Both the position numbers and the translations under genes were made by a program. A DNA stretch of 32,283 nucleotides from Candidatus Woesearchaeota archaeon (GTDB taxonomy: Archaea > Nanobdellota > Nanobdellia > Pacearchaeales > GW2011-AR1): contig CAYZWY010000001.1 in NCBI GenBank assembly GCA_964482315.1, positions 1 through 32,283 on the forward strand, in the 5' to 3' direction. Each line of letters opens with the position of its first letter. Position 1 is the first letter of the stretch. Positions 25,902-32,283 of the stretch are shown here, one piece after another. The notes beneath the pieces are model-generated. The model was not told the origin of the DNA. It did not search any database and was given only the letters and a program-made list of their open reading frames with translations.

Positions 25902-26852
25902 ATGATTTATCAAAATAAGGTTCACGAAAAAATAATTCAAGTATTAAAAGAAAGGGGTCCAAGTTTACCCATGAAAATTTCAAAAGAAATTGAAATGAAT
26001 TCTCTTTTTACTTCAGCTTTTTTATCTGAATTGACAAATGAAAAAAGAATAAAAGTAAGTAATTTAAAAGTCGGTGGATCCTCATTATATTTCTTAAATG
26101 GGCAAGAAGAACAATTAGAAAAATTTTATAAATATCTTCATCCAAAAGAGGCAGAAATATTTCTTTTATTAAAGAAAAATAAAATTTTAAAAGATTCTGA
26201 ACAAGAACCTGCAGCAAGAGTTGCACTTCGTTCAATCAAAGATTTCTCAATTGGTTTTAAAAAAGATAATGAAATATATTGGAGATATTTTTTAACTTCA
26301 GAGTCAGAAATCAAGAAAATATTATTTCCTTCAAAACAAATTAAGAAAAAAATCAAAGAGATCATCCCAATTTTTTCTGAATCTGATAAAAAAAGTTTAG
26401 ATTCTAAAAAAATTAAATTACCTTTTAAAGAAAAACAAACTCGAAAAAAATCTCAAATAAAAACTAAAACAACAATTTTAGAATTCCAAAATCCATTAGC
26501 TACAAAATTAAAAATTAAACCAAAAAAACAAAAATCAGAATTTGTTGAAAGAGTAATCAATTTTATTAAGGAAAAGGAATTCAAAATAATCGAAGAAAGG
26601 GATTATAAGGCTAAAGAATATAATTGTTTAATTCAAATAAAATCTGAATTGGGAAGAATTAATTTCCTAACTCAAGCGAAAAATAAAAAAATAATTTCTG
26701 AAACTGATTTAAAAAAATTGCTATCTAATGCACAATCCATTCCCCTCCCAGCATTAATGATTTATTCAGAAAAATTTAGTAAAAAGGCAGAAGCATATTT
26801 AATAAAATATTATTCTATATTAAAAGTATTAAAAATAAAACAATTTCACTAA
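25902..26852 (+). CDS. hypothetical protein: N-terminal winged-helix-like region, Lys-rich linker, C-terminal Mrr/PD-(D/E)xK-like domain
   Basis: The track starts at a TTG (25884); the first ATG is 25902. N-terminus: 'KIIQVLKERGPSLPMKISKEIEMNSLFTSAFLSELTNEKRIKV'. C-terminus: 'FVERVINFIKEKEFKIIEE..EYNCLIQIKSE..INFLTQAKNKKIISETDLKKL' resembles a restriction-endonuclease (Mrr_cat-like) core. Confidence 0.55.
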   Translation: MIYQNKVHEKIIQVLKERGPSLPMKISKEIEMNSLFTSAFLSELTNEKRIKVSNLKVGGSSLYFLNGQEEQLEKFYKYLHPKEAEIFLLLKKNKILKDSEQEPAARVALRSIKDFSIGFKKDNEIYWRYFLTSESEIKKILFPSKQIKKKIKEIIPIFSESDKKSLDSKKIKLPFKEKQTRKKSQIKTKTTILEFQNPLATKLKIKPKKQKSEFVERVINFIKEKEFKIIEERDYKAKEYNCLIQIKSELGRINFLTQAKNKKIISETDLKKLLSNAQSIPLPALMIYSEKFSKKAEAYLIKYYSILKVLKIKQFH

Positions 26853-26883
26853 CTTTTAATGTGTTTTAATATATGCAAAAGTT

Positions 26884-26891
26884 TTTAAATA
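26884..26891 (+). promoter_or_regulatory. TATA box candidate for rps17e
   Basis: TTTAAATA is centred about 24 nt upstream of the ATG at 26911. Confidence 0.45.
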
Positions 26892-26910
26892 AAAGAAGAA
26901 AAAAGATTAT

Positions 26911-27099
26911 ATGGGACGTATTAAATCAAAACTCGTTAAAAGAACTGGAGTAAATTTATTAAAAGAAGAGAATAAATTTGGGAAAGCTTTTGAATTAAAT
27001 AAAAAAATTTTAAAAAACTCTATGCCTAGCAAAAAGATCAGAAATCAAATTGCGGGATATATTTCAAGACTTAAAAAAAGAGAATCTCAAAGTAATTAA
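26911..27099 (+). CDS. rps17e: 30S ribosomal protein S17e (eS17)
   Basis: 'MGRIKSKLVKRTG...' with typical archaeal eS17 size (62 aa). Confidence 0.85.
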   Translation: MGRIKSKLVKRTGVNLLKEENKFGKAFELNKKILKNSMPSKKIRNQIAGYISRLKKRESQSN

Positions 27100-27129
27100 A
27101 TAAATTAAGTAGATTAAGTAAATACAAAA

Positions 27130-27459
27130 ATGACAGAAGAAAAAATAGAGATAACAAAAACAAAAGAAATAGAAAAAGAAGGAGAAGATAATAAGATTTA
27201 TGTGGGAATAAAACCCTTTATGAATTATGTTACTGCAATTGTTATACAATTTCAGAGTAAAGGTCAGAAAGAGGTTATGGTTTCTGCAAGAGGAAAATTT
27301 ATTTCTAAAGCAATAGATGCTACAGAAGTTGCAAGAAGAACTTTTTTAAAAGAAGAACATATTAAAGTTAAAGATATTAAAATTTCAAGTGAACAATTTG
27401 AAAACAAATTAGGAAAAAGAATTTTTGTATCTACAATAAAGATCCTATTGAAAAAATAA
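27130..27459 (+). CDS. albA: Alba DNA/RNA-binding protein
   Basis: 'NKIYVGIKPFMNYVTAIVIQFQSKGQKEVMVSARGKFISKAIDATEVARR' is typical Alba. Confidence 0.85.
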   Translation: MTEEKIEITKTKEIEKEGEDNKIYVGIKPFMNYVTAIVIQFQSKGQKEVMVSARGKFISKAIDATEVARRTFLKEEHIKVKDIKISSEQFENKLGKRIFVSTIKILLKK

Positions 27460-27480
27460 AAGGCAGAATTTTCAATTCTT

Positions 27481-27858
27481 TTATTTTTTTACTTTCTTAT
27501 TTTTTATCTTTTTTGACTTCTTATTTTTCTTAACCTTTTTTAAAGATTCTGGAAGTTTATCTGCTTTTTTCTCTAAATCCAAAATTTTCTTAAAACTTGA
27601 TTTTTTCAATAGTAAATCCAATTTTTTATCGATTTCTTTTATTTTGAAGTAGATAATTTTTATTCTTTTATTTTTTTTCCAAGTTAAAAAATTCTTAATA
27701 AGGATTATAAAAATAATATATCCAATAATGCAAAAAAACACTATTTTTGAAATAGAAATGAAATTATTAATTTTAGAAGTTAATTCAGGGGATAAAACCT
27801 TTACTACATTATTACTGAGAATAGAACTAATATTTGAACTAATATTACTTAATCCCAT
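27481..27858 (-). CDS. hypothetical single-pass membrane protein with a Lys-rich tail
   Basis: Ser/Asn-rich N-terminus, one TM segment ('IVFFCIIGYIIFIILI'), then a helical and basic C-terminus. No family recognised. Confidence 0.45.
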   Translation of the reverse strand: MGLSNISSNISSILSNNVVKVLSPELTSKINNFISISKIVFFCIIGYIIFIILIKNFLTWKKNKRIKIIYFKIKEIDKKLDLLLKKSSFKKILDLEKKADKLPESLKKVKKNKKSKKIKNKKVKK

Positions 27859-27881
27859 TGAAAGATTAATTTAATAATCTT

Positions 27882-27889
27882 TTTAAATC
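27882..27889 (+). promoter_or_regulatory. TATA box candidate for tRNA-Met
   Basis: TTTAAATC is centred about 24 nt upstream of the tRNA 5' end (27909). Confidence 0.45.
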
Positions 27890-27908
27890 TATTTTAATTC
27901 TCTTTTAT

Positions 27909-27981
27909 GGCTGTATAGCTCAGTTGGTAGAGTGCTGCTCTCATGAGGCAGAGGTCCTGAGTTCAATTCTCAGTGCAGCCA
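27909..27981 (+). tRNA. tRNA with anticodon CAU (elongator Met, or Ile2 if C34 is modified)
   Basis: GGCTGTA-TA-GCTC-AGTTGGTA-GAGT-G-CTGCT-CTCATGA-GGCAG-AGGTC-CTGAG-TTCAATT-CTCAG-TGCAGCC-A. It lacks archaeal initiator hallmarks (A1:U72, three G:C pairs in the anticodon stem). Confidence 0.8.
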
Positions 27982-28045
27982 TTTATCAAAATTATTCTTA
28001 CTCAAATTTGGGGGAATCAATAGAATTCAATAATCCCAAATAACC

Positions 28046-28393
28046 TTAAATTATTTCCTTAAAGTCTCCTTTCTCTTTTCTTAAAATAATGTGTGCGTGA
28101 AAATGAGGAATTAATTGCCCAGCAATCCTATAATTATTTATAACCACATTAAAACCTTTTGCTTTTTTTTGTTTTACCAATAAAAAAAAGGTTTTTTTTA
28201 TTGTTCTTAATAAATCTTCAGATAAAATATCTGGAATTTCTAAGATATTTTGGAAATGTTTTTTGGAAATAATCAAAACATGTCCTGCAGCAACTTGATT
28301 TAAATCCCAAATACAAAGAAAATTATCACTTTCATAAATTTTCTTTGATAAAATCTCCCCCTTAATAATCTTACAAAAAATACATTCCTCCAT
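28046..28393 (-). CDS. HIT-family (histidine triad) nucleotide hydrolase
   Basis: 'CIFCKII' N-terminus and the histidine triad 'HFHAHII'. 115 aa. Confidence 0.88.
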   Translation of the reverse strand: MEECIFCKIIKGEILSKKIYESDNFLCIWDLNQVAAGHVLIISKKHFQNILEIPDILSEDLLRTIKKTFFLLVKQKKAKGFNVVINNYRIAGQLIPHFHAHIILRKEKGDFKEII

Positions 28394-28485
28394 AAATCAA
28401 ATAATTTATTAATCTTTTTAAATTTTGGGATAATTTCCCAGAATCAATATCACCAAATAAATTTTAATAAATTCCAATAATCCTT

Positions 28486-28860
28486 TTATTCTTCAATTAA
28501 TATTGCTTGAACCATTCCTTCTTGAGAAGGCCGATTAGTAATTCTTGCTTTTCCAATTTCAGTATCTATAATTGCGCCTTTATTCAAAATATTCTGTCTT
28601 GCAAAAAAACGATTTGAAGGTGTTTCAAGAACATTTTTGATAATAACTTTTTTTGATTTTTTTGTTTTTAAATTCATCACATTAACATAATTAGCAGATA
28701 AAAGCACAGTTTTTCTATTGCCCCCTCGAACTTTAATATTTTTTTTCTTAGTCTCTTTCAATTTAACTTTTCTTTCAATTCCTGGCAAAGAATCCTTTCT
28801 CTTTTTTCTAAATTTTCGATATTTTCCACCAGTTATTTTCCTTCCATATTTCATAAACAA
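28486..28860 (-). CDS. rps8e: 30S ribosomal protein S8e (eS8)
   Basis: 'GRKITGGKYRKFRKKRK...' and 'GGNRK' are typical eS8. The start may be M1 or M3. Confidence 0.88.
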   Translation of the reverse strand: MFMKYGRKITGGKYRKFRKKRKDSLPGIERKVKLKETKKKNIKVRGGNRKTVLLSANYVNVMNLKTKKSKKVIIKNVLETPSNRFFARQNILNKGAIIDTEIGKARITNRPSQEGMVQAILIEE

Positions 28861-29011
28861 GTGCAGAAAAAATCATATTTAAATCTTTCCTTAGATTAAA
28901 AAATTTTTAAACTTTTTTGAAAATTTGAAACTATTTTTAAAAAATATCATAATCAAAAACAAATTCTCCATTTATTTTCTATTTTCTAAAATATGTTTTT
29001 ACTATAAAAAG

Positions 29012-29021
29012 ATTTAAAAAC
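29012..29021 (+). promoter_or_regulatory. TATA-like box for the Sm gene
   Basis: ATTTAAAAAC is centred about 26 nt upstream of the ATG at 29043. It closely resembles the rpl15e box (CTTTAAAAACC). Confidence 0.45.
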
Positions 29022-29042
29022 CTAATAAATAAAGTCTTTTGT

Positions 29043-29294
29043 ATGGTTAATGGAATTGAAAGACCACTAGATTTGTTAAACAATGCAAAAGGAAAAGAAG
29101 TATTAATTAAATTAAAAAATAATGTTCAAATGACTGGAATTCTCTTGGCATTTGATATACATATTAATATTGTCTTAGATAATGCTAAAGAAATTCTAGA
29201 AAAAGGGAATTTAAGAAGTATGGGTTTAACATTTTTAAGAGGCGATGTTATTAGTTTTATTTCTCCAGCAGGCATAATCCAAGAAGAGGATTAA
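29043..29294 (+). CDS. Sm-like archaeal protein (LSm/SmAP)
   Basis: Sm1 'PLDLLNNAKGKEVLIKLKNNVQMTGILLAFDIHINIVLDNA' and Sm2 'FLRGDVISFI'. Confidence 0.88.
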   Translation: MVNGIERPLDLLNNAKGKEVLIKLKNNVQMTGILLAFDIHINIVLDNAKEILEKGNLRSMGLTFLRGDVISFISPAGIIQEED

Positions 29295-29381
29295 AGAAAT
29301 TAAATTTTAAGATTTCTAATCTTAAATTTACTTTTTAATATCTTGTTTGTTAATTTTAGATTTATTGGGATAAATTTTTTC

Positions 29382-30287
29382 CTAAAGAGTAATCTTCATG
29401 AAATCTTTGGCAATTCTCATTTTCTTAAATAATTTTTTGGCTTCTTCTATAAAAAGATTTTCTTTATATTCATATCTCTGAGAAATATGCGTTAAGATTA
29501 ATTCCTTTACTTTACTTAAATTTGCGATTTTAGCTGCTTGCTGGGCAGTCATATGCCCATATTTCCCTGCTAATAATCTTTCACTATTCAAATACGTTGA
29601 TTCAATTATTGCTAAATCAGATTCTTTTGCAAGCTTTTTAGCATTTTCACACACTTTTGTGTCAAGTATAAAACTAATTTTTTTGCCTTTTTGAAAATAT
29701 GTTAAATCTTTGGATTTAATATTCTTATTGCCAATTTTAATATCTTTTCCCTGAATTAATCTTGCTAATTCTTTTTTATTTTTAGATTTTAATTTTAATT
29801 TTAATAATTTCTTCTTATTAATTCTTAATTTATCTCTTTCTTTAAATTCATAACCATTGCAGGGGGTATTTTTATGACTTAATTTTCTCGTACTAAGTAT
29901 AAAATCTTTATTTTCTAAAAATACCCCAGAAACTTCTTCAACTTTTATTTTTAATTTTTTAACAAGGAAAAAAACTTTAAAGATCTCTTTAATAAATTTT
30001 TTAGTTCCTTTTGGCCCATAAATTTTTAAGGTATTTTTATAATTATTTAATGCCAATGTCTGAAATAGACCGGGCAAACCCAAAATATGATCCCCATGCC
30101 AATGAGTTATTAAGATTCTTGTTATCTTACAAGGATTTATTTTTGCTATTCTTAATTGCCTTTGAGTTCCTTCCCCACAATCAATCAAAATATTTTCATC
30201 TTTATAATTTAATAAAATAGATGTATGATTTCTTGTAATGCTTGGAATGGCTTGCCCAGTACCCAAAAAAGTAAGATTTATTTTCAT
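29382..30287 (-). CDS. rnz: ribonuclease Z (tRNA 3' endonuclease, metallo-beta-lactamase)
   Basis: 'LFLGTGQAIPS', 'ILIDCGEGTQRQL', 'ILITHWHGDHILGLPGL', 'LILTHISQRY'. 301 aa. Confidence 0.88.
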   Translation of the reverse strand: MKINLTFLGTGQAIPSITRNHTSILLNYKDENILIDCGEGTQRQLRIAKINPCKITRILITHWHGDHILGLPGLFQTLALNNYKNTLKIYGPKGTKKFIKEIFKVFFLVKKLKIKVEEVSGVFLENKDFILSTRKLSHKNTPCNGYEFKERDKLRINKKKLLKLKLKSKNKKELARLIQGKDIKIGNKNIKSKDLTYFQKGKKISFILDTKVCENAKKLAKESDLAIIESTYLNSERLLAGKYGHMTAQQAAKIANLSKVKELILTHISQRYEYKENLFIEEAKKLFKKMRIAKDFMKITL

Positions 30288-30397
30288 AATTTTAATAAGA
30301 AATCTTTCTTTAAATACATTCTCATAAATTCTTCTGGTATATTATCGAATTAATTTGGTTAATAAAAATTTAAAAAACATTAAAACAATTAAAAAAT

Positions 30398-31018
30398 ATG
30401 AAAAATCAATTTAAGAAATTTCTAAAAAATATATTCAAGATGTTTTTGATTATAATCTTAATTAATTTTAATCTCCTTACTATTTGTTATGCTTATGAAT
30501 TTAATTTCTTTGAAAATTTTTCTTTAAATGAAACTAATTTTACTTTTAATAAAAAAACCCCTATAATAAATTTTTATAATTTAACCATTGATAAAAACAA
30601 ATTAAATCTAAAATATTTTTTCAACAATCAAAATTTAATTGGGGAAGAGATAAATATTAAAATTTCGATTCTTGATGAAAATCAAAAAGAAATAAAAGGT
30701 TTGATTGATACATTCAATATAAATCAAGAGAAAATAATTTATCGTGATTTGGAAACAGATTTAATCACAGATTTAAAGGGAAATTGTTCAATTTTATTTA
30801 TTCTCCCGCCTAATGGGGAGATTATTTTAAAAAGAAATTTTTTTATAAATAATTCTTTCAAAGAAGCAAAAATAAGCAAAAATCTTTCAAATAAAAAAAA
30901 TGATCTTATTTTTTATTTTCTTGCATTCCTAATTTTTTTGATTATAATTCTTTTTATTATTAAAAAACAAAAACATCTTAAAAAAACAAAAAACCCTATT
31001 TCAAATAATCTTGGATAA
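30398..31018 (+). CDS. hypothetical surface-anchored protein (N-terminal signal/TM, C-terminal TM plus basic tail)
   Basis: Hydrophobic N-terminus 'MFLIIILINFNLLTICYA'. Central Asn-rich region with many N-x-S/T sequons. C-terminal 'LIFYFLAFLIFLIIILFII' followed by KKQKHLKK. Confidence 0.5.
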   Translation: MKNQFKKFLKNIFKMFLIIILINFNLLTICYAYEFNFFENFSLNETNFTFNKKTPIINFYNLTIDKNKLNLKYFFNNQNLIGEEINIKISILDENQKEIKGLIDTFNINQEKIIYRDLETDLITDLKGNCSILFILPPNGEIILKRNFFINNSFKEAKISKNLSNKKNDLIFYFLAFLIFLIIILFIIKKQKHLKKTKNPISNNLG

Positions 31019-31019
31019 T

Positions 31020-31027
31020 TTTAAATA
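31020..31027 (+). promoter_or_regulatory. TATA box candidate for the tRNA-Arg/tRNA-Cys unit
   Basis: TTTAAATA is centred about 27 nt upstream of the tRNA-Arg 5' end (31051). Confidence 0.45.
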
Positions 31028-31050
31028 ATCTTATTTTTTATCTAAAACAA

Positions 31051-31125
<75 letters not shown>

Positions 31126-31141
31126 TTTTAAATTAAAACAT

Positions 31142-31213
31142 GCACGGATGGCACAATGGTACTGCGCGGGATTGCAGATCCTGTTTTCCTGGGTTCGATT
31201 CCCAGTCCGTGCT
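31142..31213 (+). tRNA. tRNA-Cys (anticodon GCA)
   Basis: GCACGGA...CGGGA-TTGCAGA-TCCTG-TTTTC-CTGGG-TTCGATT-CCCAG-TCCGTGC-T. Discriminator U73 as expected for Cys. Short 3-bp D-stem. 72 nt. Confidence 0.8.
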
Positions 31214-31218
31214 TTTTT
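31213..31218 (+). terminator. oligo-T tract at the end of the tRNA-Arg/tRNA-Cys unit
   Basis: T6 run beginning at the tRNA-Cys discriminator. Confidence 0.4.
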
Positions 31219-31372
31219 GAAAATTTCTTGAAAATTTAAAAGAAAAAACTTTTTAATAACTTTTAAATAGGATTTTGTAGTTACTAATTTATATCTTTAA
31301 CTAACTCTTAAACAAAATATTCATTAAACTAAATATTTAAACATAAACAAAAAATAAATATCTTCATTTAAA

Positions 31373-32283
31373 ATGTATATTGTTAAAAAAATAATAAATA
31401 ATAATGCCTATTATTATTTGAATAAAAGCATAAGAAAAGGGGAAAAAGTCATTAGTAAAAACATTGCCTATTTAGGAAAAGATAAAAAACTTGCAGAGAA
31501 AAAAGCACAAGAAATAAAAGATAAAATGAAACAAAACAAAATAATCAAAAATTCTAAAGAAATAACTAAAAATATTTCGAACAATTTTGAAAAACAAGAT
31601 GGAGAAAATAAAAAGGGGGAAATTAATCTTGAAGAACTTACTAATTTTTGTAAAGAAAAAGGATTTATTTTCAAAAGTTCAGATTTATATGGGGGGCTCT
31701 CTGGTTTTTGGGATTTTGGGCCTTTAGGAATTGAATTATTTAATAATTTAAAACAAGATTGGTGGAATTTTTTTATAAAAAATCGAGAAGATATTGTAGG
31801 CATAGAAACAAGCATTATTAGTCACCCAAAAATCTGGGAAGCCTCAGGACATATTACAAATTTCAATGATCTTTTTGCTAAATGTAAATCTTGTGGTAAA
31901 ACAAAAAAAATTGATGAAAAAGAATCTAAAAAAATAAAATGCGAATGCGGGGGAGAATATGAAATCCAAGGAAAATTCAATTTAATGTTTAAAACAGAAA
32001 TTGGGGTGATTAATCCTTCGATTGCTTATTTAAGGGGGGAAACCGCTCAAGGAATGTTTACAGATTTCAAAATAATCCAACAAACCTCAAGAAAACAATT
32101 ACCTTTTGGGATTGCACAGATTGGCAAATGTTTTAGAAATGAAATCGCGCCAAGAAACTTTTTATTTAGATCTCGGGAATTTCATATTGCTGAATTAGAA
32201 TTTTTCATTAACATCAAAGAAAATAAATGTGATTTATTAAAAGAACCCCATAAAAAACTTAAAATAAAATTATTAGATAAAGA
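31373..32283 (+). CDS. glyS: glycyl-tRNA synthetase, archaeal/eukaryal alpha2-type, 5' partial (runs off the window), with an N-terminal extension
   Basis: Absent from the ORF track because no stop lies in the window. My translation from ATG 31373 stays open to 32283. It includes 'KGFIFKSSDLYGGLSGFWDFGPLGIELFNNLKQDWW', 'SIISHPKIWEASGHITNFND', a Cys insert 'CKSCG...CECGG', and 'YLRGETAQGMF...FGIAQIGKCFRNEIAPRNFLFRSREFHIAELEFF' (class II motif 2). Confidence 0.88.
   Translation, partial: MYIVKKIINNNAYYYLNKSIRKGEKVISKNIAYLGKDKKLAEKKAQEIKDKMKQNKIIKNSKEITKNISNNFEKQDGENKKGEINLEELTNFCKEKGFIFKSSDLYGGLSGFWDFGPLGIELFNNLKQDWWNFFIKNREDIVGIETSIISHPKIWEASGHITNFNDLFAKCKSCGKTKKIDEKESKKIKCECGGEYEIQGKFNLMFKTEIGVINPSIAYLRGETAQGMFTDFKIIQQTSRKQLPFGIAQIGKCFRNEIAPRNFLFRSREFHIAELEFFINIKENKCDLLKEPHKKLKIKLLDK

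Noticed and set aside
28006-28041. A 7-bp inverted repeat ATTTGGG...CCCAAAT with a 22-nt loop between tRNA-Met and the 3' end of the HIT gene, plus a TGGGA/TCCCA hairpin upstream of HIT (about 28424-28438).
   Set aside because: These are weak stems with a large loop at a convergent junction. At most they are terminator-like, and they do not support a mobile-element boundary or a structured RNA.
31217-31237. Direct repeat TTGAAAATTT-c-TTGAAAATTT immediately after tRNA-Cys.
   Set aside because: There are only two copies of an AT-rich 10-mer in a spacer. There is no attachment-site-like duplication of tRNA 3' sequence and no integrase nearby.
31468-31815. The only ORF the track reports at the right edge (115 aa, minus strand).
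   Set aside because: It is antisense to an unmistakable GlyRS reading frame on the plus strand. That frame has no stop inside the window, which is why the track omitted it.

Overview
This window is very AT-rich (roughly 25-30% GC by eye) and gene-dense. I found no rRNA, CRISPR array, transposase, integrase or recognisable defence gene. The gene content is archaeal information processing: TBP, TFE, MCM, ATP-dependent DNA ligase, eL15, eS8, eS17, Alba, an Sm-like protein, tRNA-splicing endonuclease, RNase Z, GatD, and archaeal-type ProRS and GlyRS. The small proteins, Lys-rich tails and few metabolic genes fit a reduced DPANN-like archaeon (Pace-/Woese-/Nanoarchaeota style); that assignment is inference. 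Three genes look bacterial-type rather than archaeal: LeuRS, a short AlaRS lacking the C-Ala domain, and a full-length DisA diadenylate cyclase. I folded five intron-less tRNA genes without encoded CCA by hand: Gly-CCC, Ile-GAU, Met/Ile2-CAU, Arg-UCU and Cys-GCA. One real gene is missing from the ORF track, a 5'-partial GlyRS running off the right edge from 31373. Nearly all antisense ORFs in the track are Phe/Ile-rich shadows of Lys-rich genes. I did not find a clear-cut novel system. The most system-like candidates are (1) disA followed by a DHH/DHHA1 phosphoesterase, (2) the tail-to-tail bacterial-type AlaRS/LeuRS pair, (3) two tandem coiled-coil proteins divergent from tfe, (4) a coupled AbrB-like / 2-TM / MFS trio, and (5) a wHTH protein with a nuclease-like C-terminus. 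A TTTAAATA-type box sits about 26 nt upstream of most start codons and tRNA 5' ends, which suggests mostly leaderless transcription. All coordinates read off the printed sequence may be off by 1 nt.
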